Source: Eledone cirrhosa
Taxonomy: Eukaryota
Direction: 5' to 3'
Assembly (NCBI GenBank): GCA_964016885.1
Contig: OZ024753.1
Span: 44,082,001 to 44,146,000 of the forward strand
Length of the DNA stretch: 64,000 nt
Part shown: piece after piece, positions 1 to 12,815 of the stretch
Position numbering within the stretch: position 1 is the first letter of the stretch
Layout: each line of letters begins with the position of its first letter
Notes under the pieces: model-generated
Told to the model about the DNA's origin: nothing
The model's database searches: none
What the model saw: the letters and a program-made list of their open reading frames with translations, nothing else
Program-made: the position numbers and the translations under genes

Positions 1-243
1 AACCATGGTTATATCCACATCATCATCACCATCAGTAATAGCTGTACAATAGTACCGTTATAGTTACCAAAATATAACAGTACCAATTGCAAGACATGCT
101 GGGAGCTGTACTGAAATAATTCATTATTTAGCTGTCATCGTTTTTTGCTGAAATCCTAAATGTTCTTGTTTTTGTTTTTTTTTTCAAGTCTGACAATAAA
201 AACTAGCATTAAATCAGTAGAAGTTGTCAGTCTCTGTCTCATT

Positions 244-920
244 GATGGCGTTGGTGGGGTATAGGGTGGTGTGTGTAGGTGTGTGTGTATATATATGATG
301 GCGTTGGTGGGGTGGGGTATAGGGTGGTGTGTGTAGGTGTGTGTGTATATATATGGTGGCGTTGGTGGGGTGGGGTATAGGGTGGCGTTGGTGGGGTGGG
401 GTATAGGGTGGTGTGTGTAGGTGTGTGTGTGCGTATATATATATGATGGCGTTGGTGGGGTGGGGTATAGGGTGGTGTGTGTAGGTGTGTGTGTATATAT
501 ATGGTGGCATGGGTGGGGTGGGGTATAGGGTGGTGTGTGTAGGTGTGTGTAGGTGTGTGTGTATATATATATATGATGGCGTTGGTGGGGTGGGGTATAG
601 GGTGGTGTGTGTAGGTGTGTGTGTATATATATGGTGGCGTGGGTGGGGTGGGGTATAGGGTGGTGTGTGTAGGTGTGTGTGTATATATATATATGATGGC
701 GTTGGTGGGGTGGGGTATAGGGTGGTGTGTGTAGGTGTGTGTGTATATATATGGTGGCGTGGGTGGGGTGGGGTATAGGGTGGTGTGTGTAGGTGTGTGT
801 ATATATATATATATGATGGCGTTGGTGGGGTGGGGTAGAGGGTGGTGTGTGTGTATATATATGATGGCGTTGGTGGGGTGGGTATAGGGTGGTGTAGGTT
901 GGCGTGTGGGTGTGTGTATA
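244..920. repeat. G-rich minisatellite, ~57-61 bp unit (gatggcgttggtggggtggggtatagggtggtgtgtgtaggtgtgtgtgtatatatat), ~11 copies
   Basis: Tandem units directly visible; length varies in the (GT)n/(TA)n part. Confidence 0.95.
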
Positions 921-970
921 TATTAAATATATGACGTAAGATGTGAGATGTGTGTATATATATATATATA

Positions 971-1024
971 TCCGTCTAACCCATGCTAGCGTGGAAAGAG
1001 GACGTTAAACGATGATGATGATGA
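971..1024 (+). mobile_element. 3' tail of (GAT)n-ended SINE/RTE LINE
   Basis: ccgtctaacccatgctagcgtggaaagaggacgttaaacgatgatgatg. The same tail recurs at ~3058-3120, 30195-30250, 35455-35508, 50850-50905, 53475-53527, 56325-56372 and 61648-61702. Confidence 0.8.
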
Positions 1025-1114
1025 TATATCTTCATTATTGGAATATTTCTTACACCAGTAAAGACAGACACTATGGCATTACATCAGTTATACAATGTCT
1101 TACATCATTATTGT

Positions 1115-1946
1115 ATAGTAGTAGTGGGGGGGGGGTAGTAGTGGTGGTGTGAGTGATAGTGGTGGTAGTGTGGGTGGTAGTGGTGGTAGTAGTGGTGGTC
1201 GTGGTGGTGTGGGTGGTAGTAGTGGTGGTGGTGGTAGTAGTAGTAGTGATGGTAGTTGTAATAGTAGTAGTGGTAGTAGTAGTGATGGTGGTGGTGGTGG
1301 TAGTAGTAGCAGTAGTAGTAGTAGTAGTATTACTATTCTTGTTGTTGTCATCATCATGGCTAGTTTACTTTCAGCAATTATTTCTTTGTTTGTTTGTCAT
1401 TCTTTTACATCATCATCAACAACAACACTACAACCACAACCCATACCTCCATCCACTGTTATCACCATCACCTTCACCACCACAAACACTAACACTACCA
1501 CCACCACCACCATCATCACTACACCATCACAACCACCAACACCACTACACCACCACCACAACCACCAACACCACCACCAACAACAACACCACCACCACCA
1601 CAAACACTACCACCACCACCACCACAAACACTAACACTACCACCACCACCACTACCATCATTAGTACACCATCACCACTACACCACCACCACAACCACCA
1701 ACACCACTACACCACCACCACAACACCACCACCACAACCACCAACACCACCACAACCACCACCAACACCACCACCACCTCCAACACCACCACCACCACCA
1801 ACAACACCACCACCACCACCACAAACACTACCACCACCACAAACACTAACACCACCACCACCATCATCACTACACCATCACCACTACACCTCCACCACAA
1901 CCACCAACACCACCACCAACACCACCACCAACACCACCACCACCAC
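1115..1946. repeat. Trinucleotide low-complexity block: (GGT/AGT)n followed by (CCA/CAA)n
   Basis: Directly visible; explains the ORFs at 1100-1968. Confidence 0.95.
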
Positions 1947-2393
1947 TGTCAGAAATACACGGAAGTGAGAGAAGTAGAAAGTGGAATATATTTAATAATT
2001 GAAATATAGTTGCTATCAAATTACTTCAACTCTAATATTTACCCTGAGAATTATTTTAGAAAAGAGAGTAAACAGACATAAATATAGATTAAACAGACAT
2101 AAATATAGATTAGGAAACCACATACTAGGAAGGCAAATATTTTTCCATTTTTCTCTGCTTATACATTTTCCGAAAGTCAAATAAATACAAATTAAAAACA
2201 AGAGTACTGAATGGAACTATGGTATAAAGTTGTGATTGTTATTACAATCAGAGCAGTGGATCAACTCTGTTGTTACCAAACTGGATTAAACTGGTCCTCA
2301 CCTTGTTCTAGGAAACTAAACTATTTATTTTAATGTGTTTATATTTATCTAAAATTCTTCCAGCATAATTTTATGTAAGAAAATTGTTTTTAA

Positions 2394-3035
2394 TCCTTTA
2401 GCATTCACATTACTCTATATTTACTATTGTATTTTCATGGTAAAGGCTTTACCTCACATAATATCTCACATAACATTTACATTAATCCATATATACTATT
2501 ATATTTTCACAGTAAAGACTTTACCTCACATAATATCTCACATAACATTCACATTACTCTATATATACTATTGTATTTTTATGGTAAAGGCTTTACCTCA
2601 CATAATATGTCACATAACATTTACATTACTCTATATATACTATTGTATTTTCACAGTAAAGGCTTTACCTCACATAATATCTCACATAACATTTACATTA
2701 CTCTATATATATACTATTGTATTTTCACAGTAAAGGCTTTACCTCACATAATATCTCACATAACATTTACATTACTCTATATATATTATTGTATTTTCAC
2801 TGTAAAGGCTTTACCTCACATAATATCTCACATAACATTTACATTACTCTATATATATTATTGTATTTTCACTGTAAAGGCTTTACCTCACATAATATCG
2901 AGTCTATGATATTTTGATATTATTTATTTTGAGAACAAAACCTTAACATAAGTAGGAGCAGCTAATTACAGCTGGTTTGAACAGAAAGAGGTGAGAGAAT
3001 TTTGGCTGGATATGGCCAGTTTAAATGCTAAAGGG
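2394..3035. mobile_element. piggyBac-like MITE family B with an internal 72-bp tandem array (~7 units, 2407-2897)
   Basis: TTAA-tcctttagcatt ... aatgctaaaggg-TTA(T) termini. It is the reverse complement of the unexpanded copy at 18042-18255. Confidence 0.8.
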
Positions 3036-3057
3036 TTATGCTCCAAACACTAGTTTC

Positions 3058-3175
3058 ATCATCATCCTCATCATCATCATTTAATGTTCATTTTTCCATG
3101 CTAGCATGGGTTAGACGGGTTGTCCTGTTGTGAACAATGCCAGGTCAGGTGACATTGTCTTGCTTATATCCGACT
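3058..3175 (-). mobile_element. (GAT)n-tailed SINE, 3' part
   Basis: catcatcat...ccatgctagcatgggttagacgggttgtcctgttgtg; similar to 50850-50960 and 61648-61750. Confidence 0.75.
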
Positions 3176-3205
3176 AGTATTAATAATGAGAAATTTATAT
3201 TATTC

Positions 3206-3324
3206 TGCCAGGAGTTGTGATCAGTAGATAGAATCAGCAATGGAAAAACTGATGGAAACATTGTTTCCTTGGTCCGATTTGACAAGTTCCACCCTAAGAG
3301 AATGAGGTCTGGGATCTTGTCAAC
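3206..3324 (+). repeat. Unclassified ~120-bp dispersed repeat (R1)
   Basis: tgccaggagttgtgatcagtagat...caatggaaacattgtttccttggtcc...gatcttgtcaa. Further copies at ~9378-9435, 12432-12556(-), 12880-12993(-), 16172-16255, 18570-18694(-), 37812-37830 and 48203-48243(-). Confidence 0.8.
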
Positions 3325-4498
3325 CATACTCTATCTCTACACTATGAGTTCTTGCTTATTTTCAAAATTATTTGAAAATCATATGCAGTGTATTTCATTA
3401 GAAATATGGTTATGAAAGTGTTAAAAATAATTTTGTGTGGACTCAGTATTCCAGTTTATTAAATACTTTGCATCACGATCATCAAGTCCTGGGTTTGATC
3501 CAGCAGTTCTGGATCATTTACTATAACCTCAGATCAACTGATGCATTGTGGGTGAAATAGGATTGATGGAAGCTGTTTGGATACTGGTCAGATGGATACT
3601 ATCTGTAATTCAAAAGTACGGCCTTGTCATACACTGTCCATCCATATGCAGTTTTGGTATTTAGGGTGCTGCAGTTGTCCTGGACTCCGAGGTAGGCAAA
3701 CACAGTGTCATACTGAATCTCCCTGAGAGCTTTGTTAAAGCAGTCACTAAACCATTTACATGTTAAATTCATGAACAACCTGATCCATTGATCAAACAAT
3801 AGTTGATCAAACTCATTGTTGACACTAACGGAGATCAAAAACATTCCTTCATTTTATTCCTATGACATTGTCTGCTATCTGATCTTGTATAAAAATAATA
3901 TGGCTGGTCCTCTCTTTTTTCTCACCAGATAGTGGTAATAGTATTAGAATTATATTTCCTTCCAAAGATTTGTTTGAGATAATGTTTTGCATATCAACTA
4001 CAACTTATACCATTTGTAAATTAAGACACAGATGTAAATGATTTGAAGTTTAGATGTGTATAAAAATAAGACAATATTTATGTACATATATTTATTTATT
4101 CAAAGATTTCTTGATTTTTGTTAGCAAAGCCAGAAATGAGATGATGGTTCATTTAAATAATATCTGATATATTTCTCAAGAGGTACTTGATAAAATGTTG
4201 TTTTGGTGAAGTAGGGAAATAAAAACATCATCTCATTGATTATGAAAGAACTTGTAAGATTTTAATATAATTGTTATTGTCATTATATACTATAAACAGC
4301 AATCTACAAGAGAAACGGCAGAGGCCTGATAATTATTTCTACTTTTGGCACAAGGCCAGCACTTTGAAGAGAATGGAAAGTCGATTGAATTGATCCCTGA
4401 CCCCAGTGTGTTACTGGTATTTTGTTTGTAAGGATGACAAGGCCGTAACTCATTGCTGCAAAGCATTATTATTTTTATTATTATTATTATTATTATAA

Positions 4499-4893
4499 GG
4501 GTGGTGGATTGGCAGTATCAGTAGAGGGTCGGACGCCATGCTTTGATGCATAGAGTTACGGCCCTTGCCATTCTGAGTTCACATCTCGCCAAGGTTAACT
4601 TTGCCTTTCATCCTTATGGGGTCGATAAAATAAAGTACCAGTAATGCACTGGGTAATTGCTGGCCTTGTGCCTAAAGTAGAAACAGTTATTACTATTATT
4701 ATTATTATAGGGCGGTGAATTGGCAGTATCGGTAGAGGGCTGGACGCCATGCTTTCTAGCATAGTTACGTCCCTTTATGGTCTGAGTTCAAATTCCATCG
4801 ATATTAACCTTGCCTTTGATCCTTACAGAGTCGATAAAATAAAGTACCAGTAATGTACTGGGTAATTGCTGACCTTGTGCCAAAAGTAGAAAC
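4499..4893 (+). mobile_element. Two head-to-tail tRNA-derived SINEs (family S1, ~190 bp each: 4499-4684, 4709-4893)
   Basis: A box-like tggattggcagtatcggtag, B box gagttcaaat, central ctttgcctttcatccttacggggtcgataaaataaagtaccag (resembles a conserved MetaSINE-type domain, from recall), (ATT)n tail. Confidence 0.9.
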
Positions 4894-7297
4894 AATTATT
4901 ATTATTATTAATAGTAATAATAATGGTTTCTGATTTTGAGAGTGAGAGAATGGAAATGAGAAAGAGATATAGAGGAAGAACAAACCCCAGTACTTTACTG
5001 GTATTTTTTTTTTATCAACTTCGAAAAGTTGACCTCAGGAGGATTTAAACACAGAGGGCAGAGAGCCAAAACGAATACTGCAAATCATTCTATCCAATGT
5101 TCTAACGACTTTGCCAATTTACCATGTTTTTTTTAAATTAATATAACTATTTTCAAAGGAGACATTTCGTGTAATAAAATCAGGAGTAATTCCAGGTGTA
5201 CTGGTTTTGAAAGTGTTAATCTAGTCAGCAACCATTTCAGTTATTTCATTACTTTCATTTTTTGTTTTCCTTTTTTGCTAATAATAAAATATGATGGTAG
5301 CTAAATAGAATGGTGGACTTAGAAAATTAGGGTGTTAGTTTTATAGTTTATTGAAATACTGTTTTGAGTGTAGGTAATAAATCTTCACAAGAGAATAAAT
5401 TTCCAGTTGTCGCACAAATCAATTTGTTAGACACTGCCCTATCTTTGTACTATAGTTTCTCAATACATAACTTTATGACAACAGCATAGTAACTGCATGG
5501 TTACATCTCAGTCAATCAAGTTTTCATTATAAATGAATCCCCTATATAAATGAATTCCCTACATTTTTATTGTATCTATTCTTAAGCCATATAAGTGTCT
5601 TCAATTTAACCCTTACATTACCATGTTTCAGATGGAAAACACTATCTCTGATTTTCAAATGTAAAAAATATTCGAAATTGTTAAATATGACTGGGATCAA
5701 ATTTAACTTCCATGAGCCAAATGAAAGAAATTGATACAGTTTGTCCCACAACAAGAAAAACGATACAAAACTTTTTTTAAAAACTTCATATTTATCTAAA
5801 AACTTTCCATCATAATGAAAAAGTTACTTCTATTACTAAATATCTCCAGAATTTTGATTATTTTCAAACTTAATCGAGTTTAAAAGTCAGTGTATTTCAT
5901 TAGAAATATGGCAATGTAATGGTTAACAAATGAGACGTTTTGAATTTAAAGATCCATCTGATTCTCGCAGAATATTTGGAGATAGCTATTTAGACCTAAT
6001 TCTGACCTGGCATAAAACATAAAATTTTATTTAACTTTTAACAATGTATCTCTTTTCATGATGCTGCATTTCGAAAAACAGATAATAAAATGAAGATTTC
6101 TCTTCAAAAATAATTTGTTGATAACTACTGTCTGTAGTAGCAATGACTTGCCAAATAACTAGGAAGGTTAGTTTTCTGCTCTGTAGACTAGGGAATTAAC
6201 TCTGGTTGTGATTCTTGCTTGTCTTTCTAATACTATTGATTTGCCATTAACATACACAATATTTCTTTTGACATTAAACGATAACAAATTCAGTCCTCAT
6301 TTATACAACCCAAATTTAAAACACTTTAGGGAATATTCGCTCTGTTATGGAACTAGCAAGATATATCATTAAATACAAAAGAAATATCAACATTTATCAT
6401 ACACGTTTTAGTGGTTAGATTTAGTTTATCTCCCTGAAGACTTCAACCAAATATTATGATAGTAACTTGATGTCTTATTGTTGAAAATTAATGTCTTCTG
6501 TATAGAGAACTGGTTTGGATATGTGATAACACTTGGTGTGAAACAAATGGGAAAATGAAATGTAATCGGAGAGAAATTACTTTCATAATTTTCAAGAAAA
6601 ATTACTGCAAGTGGAAGAAGACCTTTGCATATAAAATATTTAAAAGTTATTAAAAGTTTCAGCAGTTTCTTTTTCTACTGTTTTTTACTTTTATTTTTGC
6701 TGTCCAGAGAGTAACACATTGGAATAGAAATGAAGTTAAACCTTATAATTTCTTCTGTAGAACCAAATGTAGTTTTAATGTCCCATGTGTGAAGAAAGAT
6801 CTAGTTTCACACTTTTATAGTTTACTGGCAGCTTTAGTTTTAAAAATGCCACAGGTTACTGCGGCTCTAGGTACAAAAAAAAGTGAAGGGTGAGGCTAAC
6901 TCTTGGGACTAGCACAACTAAATAAATTAACAAAATGAAAATTGAATAGATGATACCAGAAACATTATTTTCAAAGTGTATCAGGAGCATTGCTATAGAT
7001 AAATAATATATTATTTATTCTGCATTTATTGAGCATTAATTGCATCTAGTAAGTTGAGGGAGTGTAGTTGATAATCATCAACATTTGGTTTATGGTTTAA
7101 TACTTATTTTATTAACTACAAAAGAAAGAACAGTAAAAATAACTCAGATAAGATACAAAGAGAGAATAACAAACTGAGTGCAGTTGTTTATCCAGTGTAG
7201 CTATATCACGTTAGGCTTTGTCCTCTATATCAAATAACTCCTCCTTATCCTTCTCCTCTTTATCTTCTTATTGTTTTTATTATTATTATTCAACAGA

Positions 7298-8064
7298 GGC
7301 ATTGGATTGGCAATATTAGTAGAGTACAGGACACCATGCTTTGTGGTATAGTATTATGGCCCTTTATGTTCTGAGTTCAAATCCCACCAAGGTTAGCTTT
7401 GCCTTTCAGCATTTTAAAGAATAATAATTGTTTCTACTTTTGGTACAAGGCCAGCAATTATCCCAGCACATTACTGGTACTTTTATTATATCGACCCTGT
7501 AAGTATGAAAGGCAAAGTGAACCTTGGCGGGATTGAACTCAGACCATAAAGGGGTGTAACTCTATGCTGCAAAGCATGGCATCTGACCTTCTACCGATAC
7601 TGCCAATCCACCCAGAGAATAATAATAGTAGTAATGATGATGGTAATAATAATAATAATAATAATTATTATTATTATACTTTGTGGCAAAGAGCTATGGC
7701 CCTTTCTGTTCTGAGTTCAAATTCGGCCGAGGTTAGCTTTGCCTGTCATCCTTACGTGGTCGATAATATAAAGTACCAGTAATACACTGAGAGGGTTGAT
7801 TTAATCAACTTTACCCTCCCCCAAAATTGCTGGCCTTGTGCCTAAATCAGAAACCATCATTATTATTATTATTATTAGGGCGGTGGATTGACAGTATCGG
7901 TAGAGGGTCGGATGCCATGCTTTGATGCACAGAGTTACGGCCCTTGCCATTCTGAGTTCAAATCCCGCCGAGGTTAACTTTGCCTTTCATCCTTACGGGG
8001 TCGATGAAATAAAATACCGGTAATGCACTGGGGTAATTGCTGGCCTTGTGCCAAAAGTAGAAAC
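7298..8064. mobile_element. Cluster of four S1 SINEs: 7298-7410(+, partial), 7425-7612(-), 7690-7856(+, long variant), 7878-8064(+)
   Basis: Same S1 motifs, separated by (ATT)/(AAT) tracts. Confidence 0.9.
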
Positions 8065-8764
8065 CATCATTATTATTATTATTTATCAATGACAGAGGTA
8101 ATGTTTGTGTGTTTGTGAATGTTTACGAAAATTATCAAAATACTTTCCAAATTGGATGTGTTACATATGTCATGTTCTTCTAGATACATTACACAGGGGG
8201 GAGGGGAGAAGAGTTTATGTTTTTATGCTTTCTCCTCTCCTATTTTGAAACAGAAATGTTTCTGCCATCAGACAAATTTTAAGCAAATTATTTGTAAACA
8301 TGGCATCTACTCAGATGGTGGTATGAGGAGGAGACGTCTATAATGGTGACAGCACCATTCTTGTTGAGGAAAAGGGGGGTGGGGCGGAGATGTGTCACCA
8401 TTATCCCAAATATATTTGGAGATTTTGAAAAAAAAAGGAGAAAAGACAAATCAAACAACGTCGAAGTAACATTAATACATTTTGATGATTGCAGAAAATA
8501 ATGACAGTTACAAAAGAAAAAGAAAAAAATAATAATAACAACAACAACAGCAGCAACCTAGCTATCAACAGTGTCGATATTTGCAATATCAGCACCAAAA
8601 TCAACTGAAACAACAGAATGATGTTATTTGTTTTGTTTATTTCACAATAAAAGATTTTAAAAAAAGATTAAATTTTTAGCTGTTGTACTATGGTGCAGGG
8701 CTTCCATATTACAATTTTATGTGTATACTCAGTACATGTGTATTATTATTATTATTATTATTAG

Positions 8765-9148
8765 CTTGTGGATTGGCAGTATCGGTAGAGGGTTGGACGC
8801 CATGCTTTCCAGCATAGTTACGTCCCTTTACGATCTGAGTTCAAATCCCGCCGAGGTTAACTTTGCCTTTCATCCTTACGGGGTCGATAAAATAAAGTAC
8901 CAGTAATGCACTGGGTAATTGCTGGCCTTGTGCCTAAAGTAGAAACAATTATTATTAGCTTGTGGTGGATTGGCAGTAGCGGTAGAGGGTCGGACGCCAT
9001 GCTTTGCAGCAAAGAGTTATGGCACTTTATGGTCTGAGTTCAAATCCCGCCGAGGTTAACTTTGCCTTTCATCCTTACGGGCTCGATAAAATAAAGTACT
9101 AGTAATGTACCGAGATAATTGCTGGCCTTGTGCCAAAAGTAGAAATAA
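8765..9148 (+). mobile_element. Tandem S1 SINE pair with a triplicated flanking 13-mer
   Basis: ttattagcttgtg at 8758-8770, 8952-8964 and 9149-9161. Confidence 0.9.
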
Positions 9149-9569
9149 TTATTAGCTTGTGCTTTTTTATCACGAATACGAGAATAAGAAAGAAAATTAA
9201 AACCTGATCATACTAACATATTTAGAGTCAATAGAATATCAGTGTTGTAAAAACAAAGCACAAGTATATTGAAACACATTATTGCAGAAGGCTTGTGGTG
9301 TTGTATTTCTTAGGAGGTTGTTTTGGTGTTTTAATGACGTTGCTCTTTCTGCCAGTTGAGGCCAGTAAATAGTAATACTACCAGCAATGGAAAGACCAAT
9401 GGAAACATTGTTTCCTTGGTCCAATTTCCACCCCAATCTGTAACCAAATGCATTGTAAGATCTTGTCGGTTGATTTAAAAGTCTTAAATTCATATAAATA
9501 GTGATGTACCTGATTACTTGAAGCTGCATGAGTTTATAATGAAACACAGAGGAACCATAGAGAGGGCTT

Positions 9570-9812
9570 TACTAAACCATCTGAAACCACTCTAGGTACA
9601 AAACTACTTATTTTAAAATGTTTATATTTATCTAAAAACCTTCCATCATAATTTTATATAAAAAAAATTGGTTAATTATGTTCCACAAACACTATTTTAA
9701 AATGAGAAACTTAGTTATATTACTAAATTCTTCCTAATTATTGATTATTTTAAAAATAATTTGAAAATCATAGACAGTGTTTTCATTAGAAATATGGTAA
9801 TAAAAGGGTTAA
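9570..9812 (+). mobile_element. TTAA-type MITE family A
   Basis: Ends cattagaaatatggtaataaaagggTTAA. Related copies at 5780-5926, 13250-13385, 17207-17490(-), 44595-44823(-), 52510-52603 and 56440-56560. Confidence 0.65.
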
Positions 9813-10397
9813 TGATTAATGAAGAAAAATGAATTCAGTTAGAGATTGATACCATTTCACTTACTGTCTTGTTCTTTTAACAGTGATAATGTACATGATG
9901 ATGATGGTTATGTTGATAATGAGGATTTATTGAACAGTATTTTAGAGAATAGAAAACAAAACTAATTGTGCGTTAATTCTGTAGTTTCAAATGAGAGGTT
10001 TATGGAGGAAAAACCAGAGTAAAACATTGAATCAGACAGAAGCAACTGAAATAGATTTATTTCTTCATTAAATGAAAGTAATATCACTATTCCACTTAAC
10101 TAAACCATTCAAATAACATCAACACAATATTTTGAGAAGTATTTCAGTTTGATATATTTGCTTTTTCCATTAGTCTGGTGGATTGGTAGAATCGTTAGAG
10201 TATCAGACATGGTTTTTTTCTGTGTTATTTATTGCAGTTCCTTAGCTCACTGAGGGCAGCCTGGGCTTTTGAGGTTGATAGAATAAAGTTGGAGCTGGAA
10301 GATACTCATTTGGATGTCACACATATATACACTTACACAAAATAGATAAACAGTTTGAAATTTACAAAAATAAAATAAAGTAGCAATCATGTGTGTC

Positions 10398-10625
10398 TAA
10401 AGTTTGTTTCAAGCCTGGAGTTTCATCAGGCCGGTGTTTATCCTGGTTTCTGTGGGGAGCCATTAAGTGACTAAGAGTACAAGACTCTCCCCTGGACAGG
10501 ACACCAGTCCATCTCAGAGTTAAACCCCAACTATTGCTGGTCCTCATTTCCAGCTGAGTAGACTGTTGTAACATGAAATGAAGTGTTTTGCTCAAGAACA
10601 CAACCCAGTCCAGGAATCAAACCCA
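10398..10625 (-). mobile_element. CORE-type SINE fragment
   Basis: Minus strand reads gttgtgttcttgagcaaaacacttcatttc (CORE-like), then gatggactggtgtcctgtccagggg (V-domain-like). Confidence 0.65.
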
Positions 10626-10709
10626 AGTACTGGGGTCAATTTAATTGACTCCCTCCAACAAATTGTTAGTCTTGTGTTTAAATTAGAAACCATTATATTT
10701 CCTTACATT

Positions 10710-11180
10710 TTACACTTAATTTCTTCACACTTCAAGACAGGCTTCCGCTTCTCTGATGTCCTTCTACTGGCATTTTGTGGCATTTCTTCATGCAGCAATT
10801 ATCAGCTATATGCATCACATCACATGTCCATACCAGTTCAGTCCTCTCTCTAGCACAATACATCTAATTCCTCTCATACCCAGGTTTTCTCTCAGTTCAT
10901 CCATACTTTGCCATTCTCACACATTAACATTGCAGCACACTTGGTTCATTTCTCTCTGATCTTTACATATCCTCTGCATTCACTGCCCATATCTCACTTC
11001 TCACTAACATGTAGGCATCATACAGTCAGCCTCTCAATTGTAGGAGGACCCCTTTTGTTGTCAACAGAGGTTGACTCCCTAAACTTTTCACATCTTGTCT
11101 TTATTCTAGCTCCTATGCTCACGAGACAGTCACCTTCACTACTAATTAGATCACCTAAGTATGAAAATACATTTTCACTT
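10710..11180 (-). pseudogene. Decayed RTE-clade LINE, RT C-terminal region
   Basis: Minus-strand translation with stops/frameshifts: FSYLGDLISSEG...ARIKTR..KFRE...LYDA...SEIWAV...ERNE...ELRENLGMRGI...LNWYGHVM...KKC..MPVEG. This is the typical RTE YLG / ETW / WYGHV / VEG succession. Confidence 0.85.
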
Positions 11181-12599
11181 ATGGAACAACTATGAAAGCA
11201 ATGAATTTAATTCAGAATCCATTTACTGACCTGACATTTCAGATAGTTATATCAACAATGGTCTTCCATATTTTCCATTCTCTTTTCTTGGACATTAAAG
11301 AGCCAAAAGGCTGTTACATGCTATCAACATGTTTATTTTCCTCTTAATAGGAAAATCACAACAGACGTCATCATCATCATCATCAGCTAACATGCCTATA
11401 TCATACTGTCATCATTATCATCATCATTATCATCATCATTATTATTACTATCATTATTACTATTGTTAGTATTATCTTGTTATGTGACGACAATGTATCT
11501 TTTGTTCAAACAAGCATTAATTCATTATCATACATCCCTGCAGGAAATCATAATCACGGATCACAAACCAGGAACCAACACTAAAATCAGTTTCTAATAA
11601 AAAACACAATACAATAAAAATCTAGTTTAAATATTTGAAGTCGGAATTTCCTTGCAGATTCGTCTGAGGATAATTTTAAATTTCATAAATGATCATAATA
11701 AAAATATTGTTCATCACCCTGTCTTTTGAACTATTAACTTTAGCTTTGATCATATTTAAATAACAACTTAAGAAGCAGCAGTAAAGTGATCTAGCTAGCT
11801 GTTCAATCAACTGGTTCTTTTGAAAATGGCGTCAAAAGATTGTTGTTTATCACTAGTATGTTGCCATCAGTGAGGAATATTCCATTAAATATTTATCATA
11901 CTCTAGTTATCCACAATTCCAAAGCTACAGCAAAACATTTTCTCTGCAGGTGTTATTTTGGAATCAAGAAAGGAATTTAATGACATATGTTATGTAGTAT
12001 ACATTAGCTGGAAGAAGTGTCTTAAACATAGGAGAAAATTTAGGTCTGTTGATTATATATATTGTATCTTTCTTTGACACTTCAGATCTTGAAATTTAAA
12101 CAGCTGATCTTTGTCCACTTGGCTGAGAATAAAACATGTGTGAGGGGAAATTAGAGCTATTTGTTTTGGCATACTTTAAATTACTTTCTTGCTGAATTCA
12201 AAACACACGGAAACTTCATCAGCTGTGAAATTACATAGAGTAGATCAAAAGAAAATGCCTACAGTCATTTTCCTTAGAAAGCCTTAATTGTTTCAACTAT
12301 GCACAATTTTTCCTGATTATTTGAATTTATCAGATTTATTCAGCTTCATTCTATTTACATCATATACTCAGATAAAATGACTACTTTACAGTTCATGTTT
12401 ATTAGGATAACATGTTATGGAAACAAAACAATCAACAAGATCCCAAACCTCATTTGTTTACTGAGTGGGGTGAAACTTGTCAACTTAGACTGAGGAAGCA
12501 ATGTTTCCATTGGTCTTTCTATTTCTGACCCTATCTACTGGTTACAACTCCTGGCATGAATATATATCTATGCATATTTGTGTGTGTGACAGCACACAC

Positions 12600-12815
12600 C
12601 TGTGCAGGTTTAGCTGGCCTCCTCCAAGGTATATCTCGTTGGAGGTGTCTTGGGTAATTTTAATGATAGGGACCCCAGTCCTATCATTTCATTTCTACAG
12701 CTGAGTAAACTGGAGCAATGTGAAATAAAGTGTCTTGCTCAAGGAAACAACACATCACCTGGTCCGAGAATTGAACTCAGAACCTTTTGATTGCAAGCCA
12801 TGTGCCTTCATGGCT
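12600..12815 (-). mobile_element. CORE-type tRNA SINE
   Basis: gtgaaataaagtgtcttgctcaagga...gaattgaactcagaacc (reverse CORE and B box). Related copies at 13005-13115, 18315-18430, 29040-29240, 50728-50850 and 54180-54260. Confidence 0.7.

Larger units (their letters stand above)
2264..3424 (+). mobile_element. TTAA-type MITE family A, interrupted by nested insertions
   Basis: The left part (2264-2390) and right part (3039-3057, 3350-3424, ending cattagaaatatggttatgaaagtgttaa) are colinear with the uninterrupted copy at ~9570-9812. Confidence 0.6.

Noticed and set aside
1100-1968. Gly/Ser/His/Pro/Thr-rich ORFs resembling structural proteins
   Set aside because: Open in several frames on both strands because of trinucleotide repeats; no splice or codon evidence.
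4499-4600. tRNA genes at SINE heads
   Set aside because: A and B boxes are present, but there is no cloverleaf and the sequence continues into the SINE body.
10400-10432. CTGATGA...GAAA on the minus strand (other lone CTGANGA at 6434, 12216, 30512, 37107, 53997)
   Set aside because: Stems I and III and the UH site do not form; chance matches or SINE tail sequence.
11530-11960. Splice-acceptor-like ctgcag/ttgcag sites suggesting host exons
   Set aside because: No convincing ORF plus donor pair. Small exons cannot be excluded without RNA-seq.
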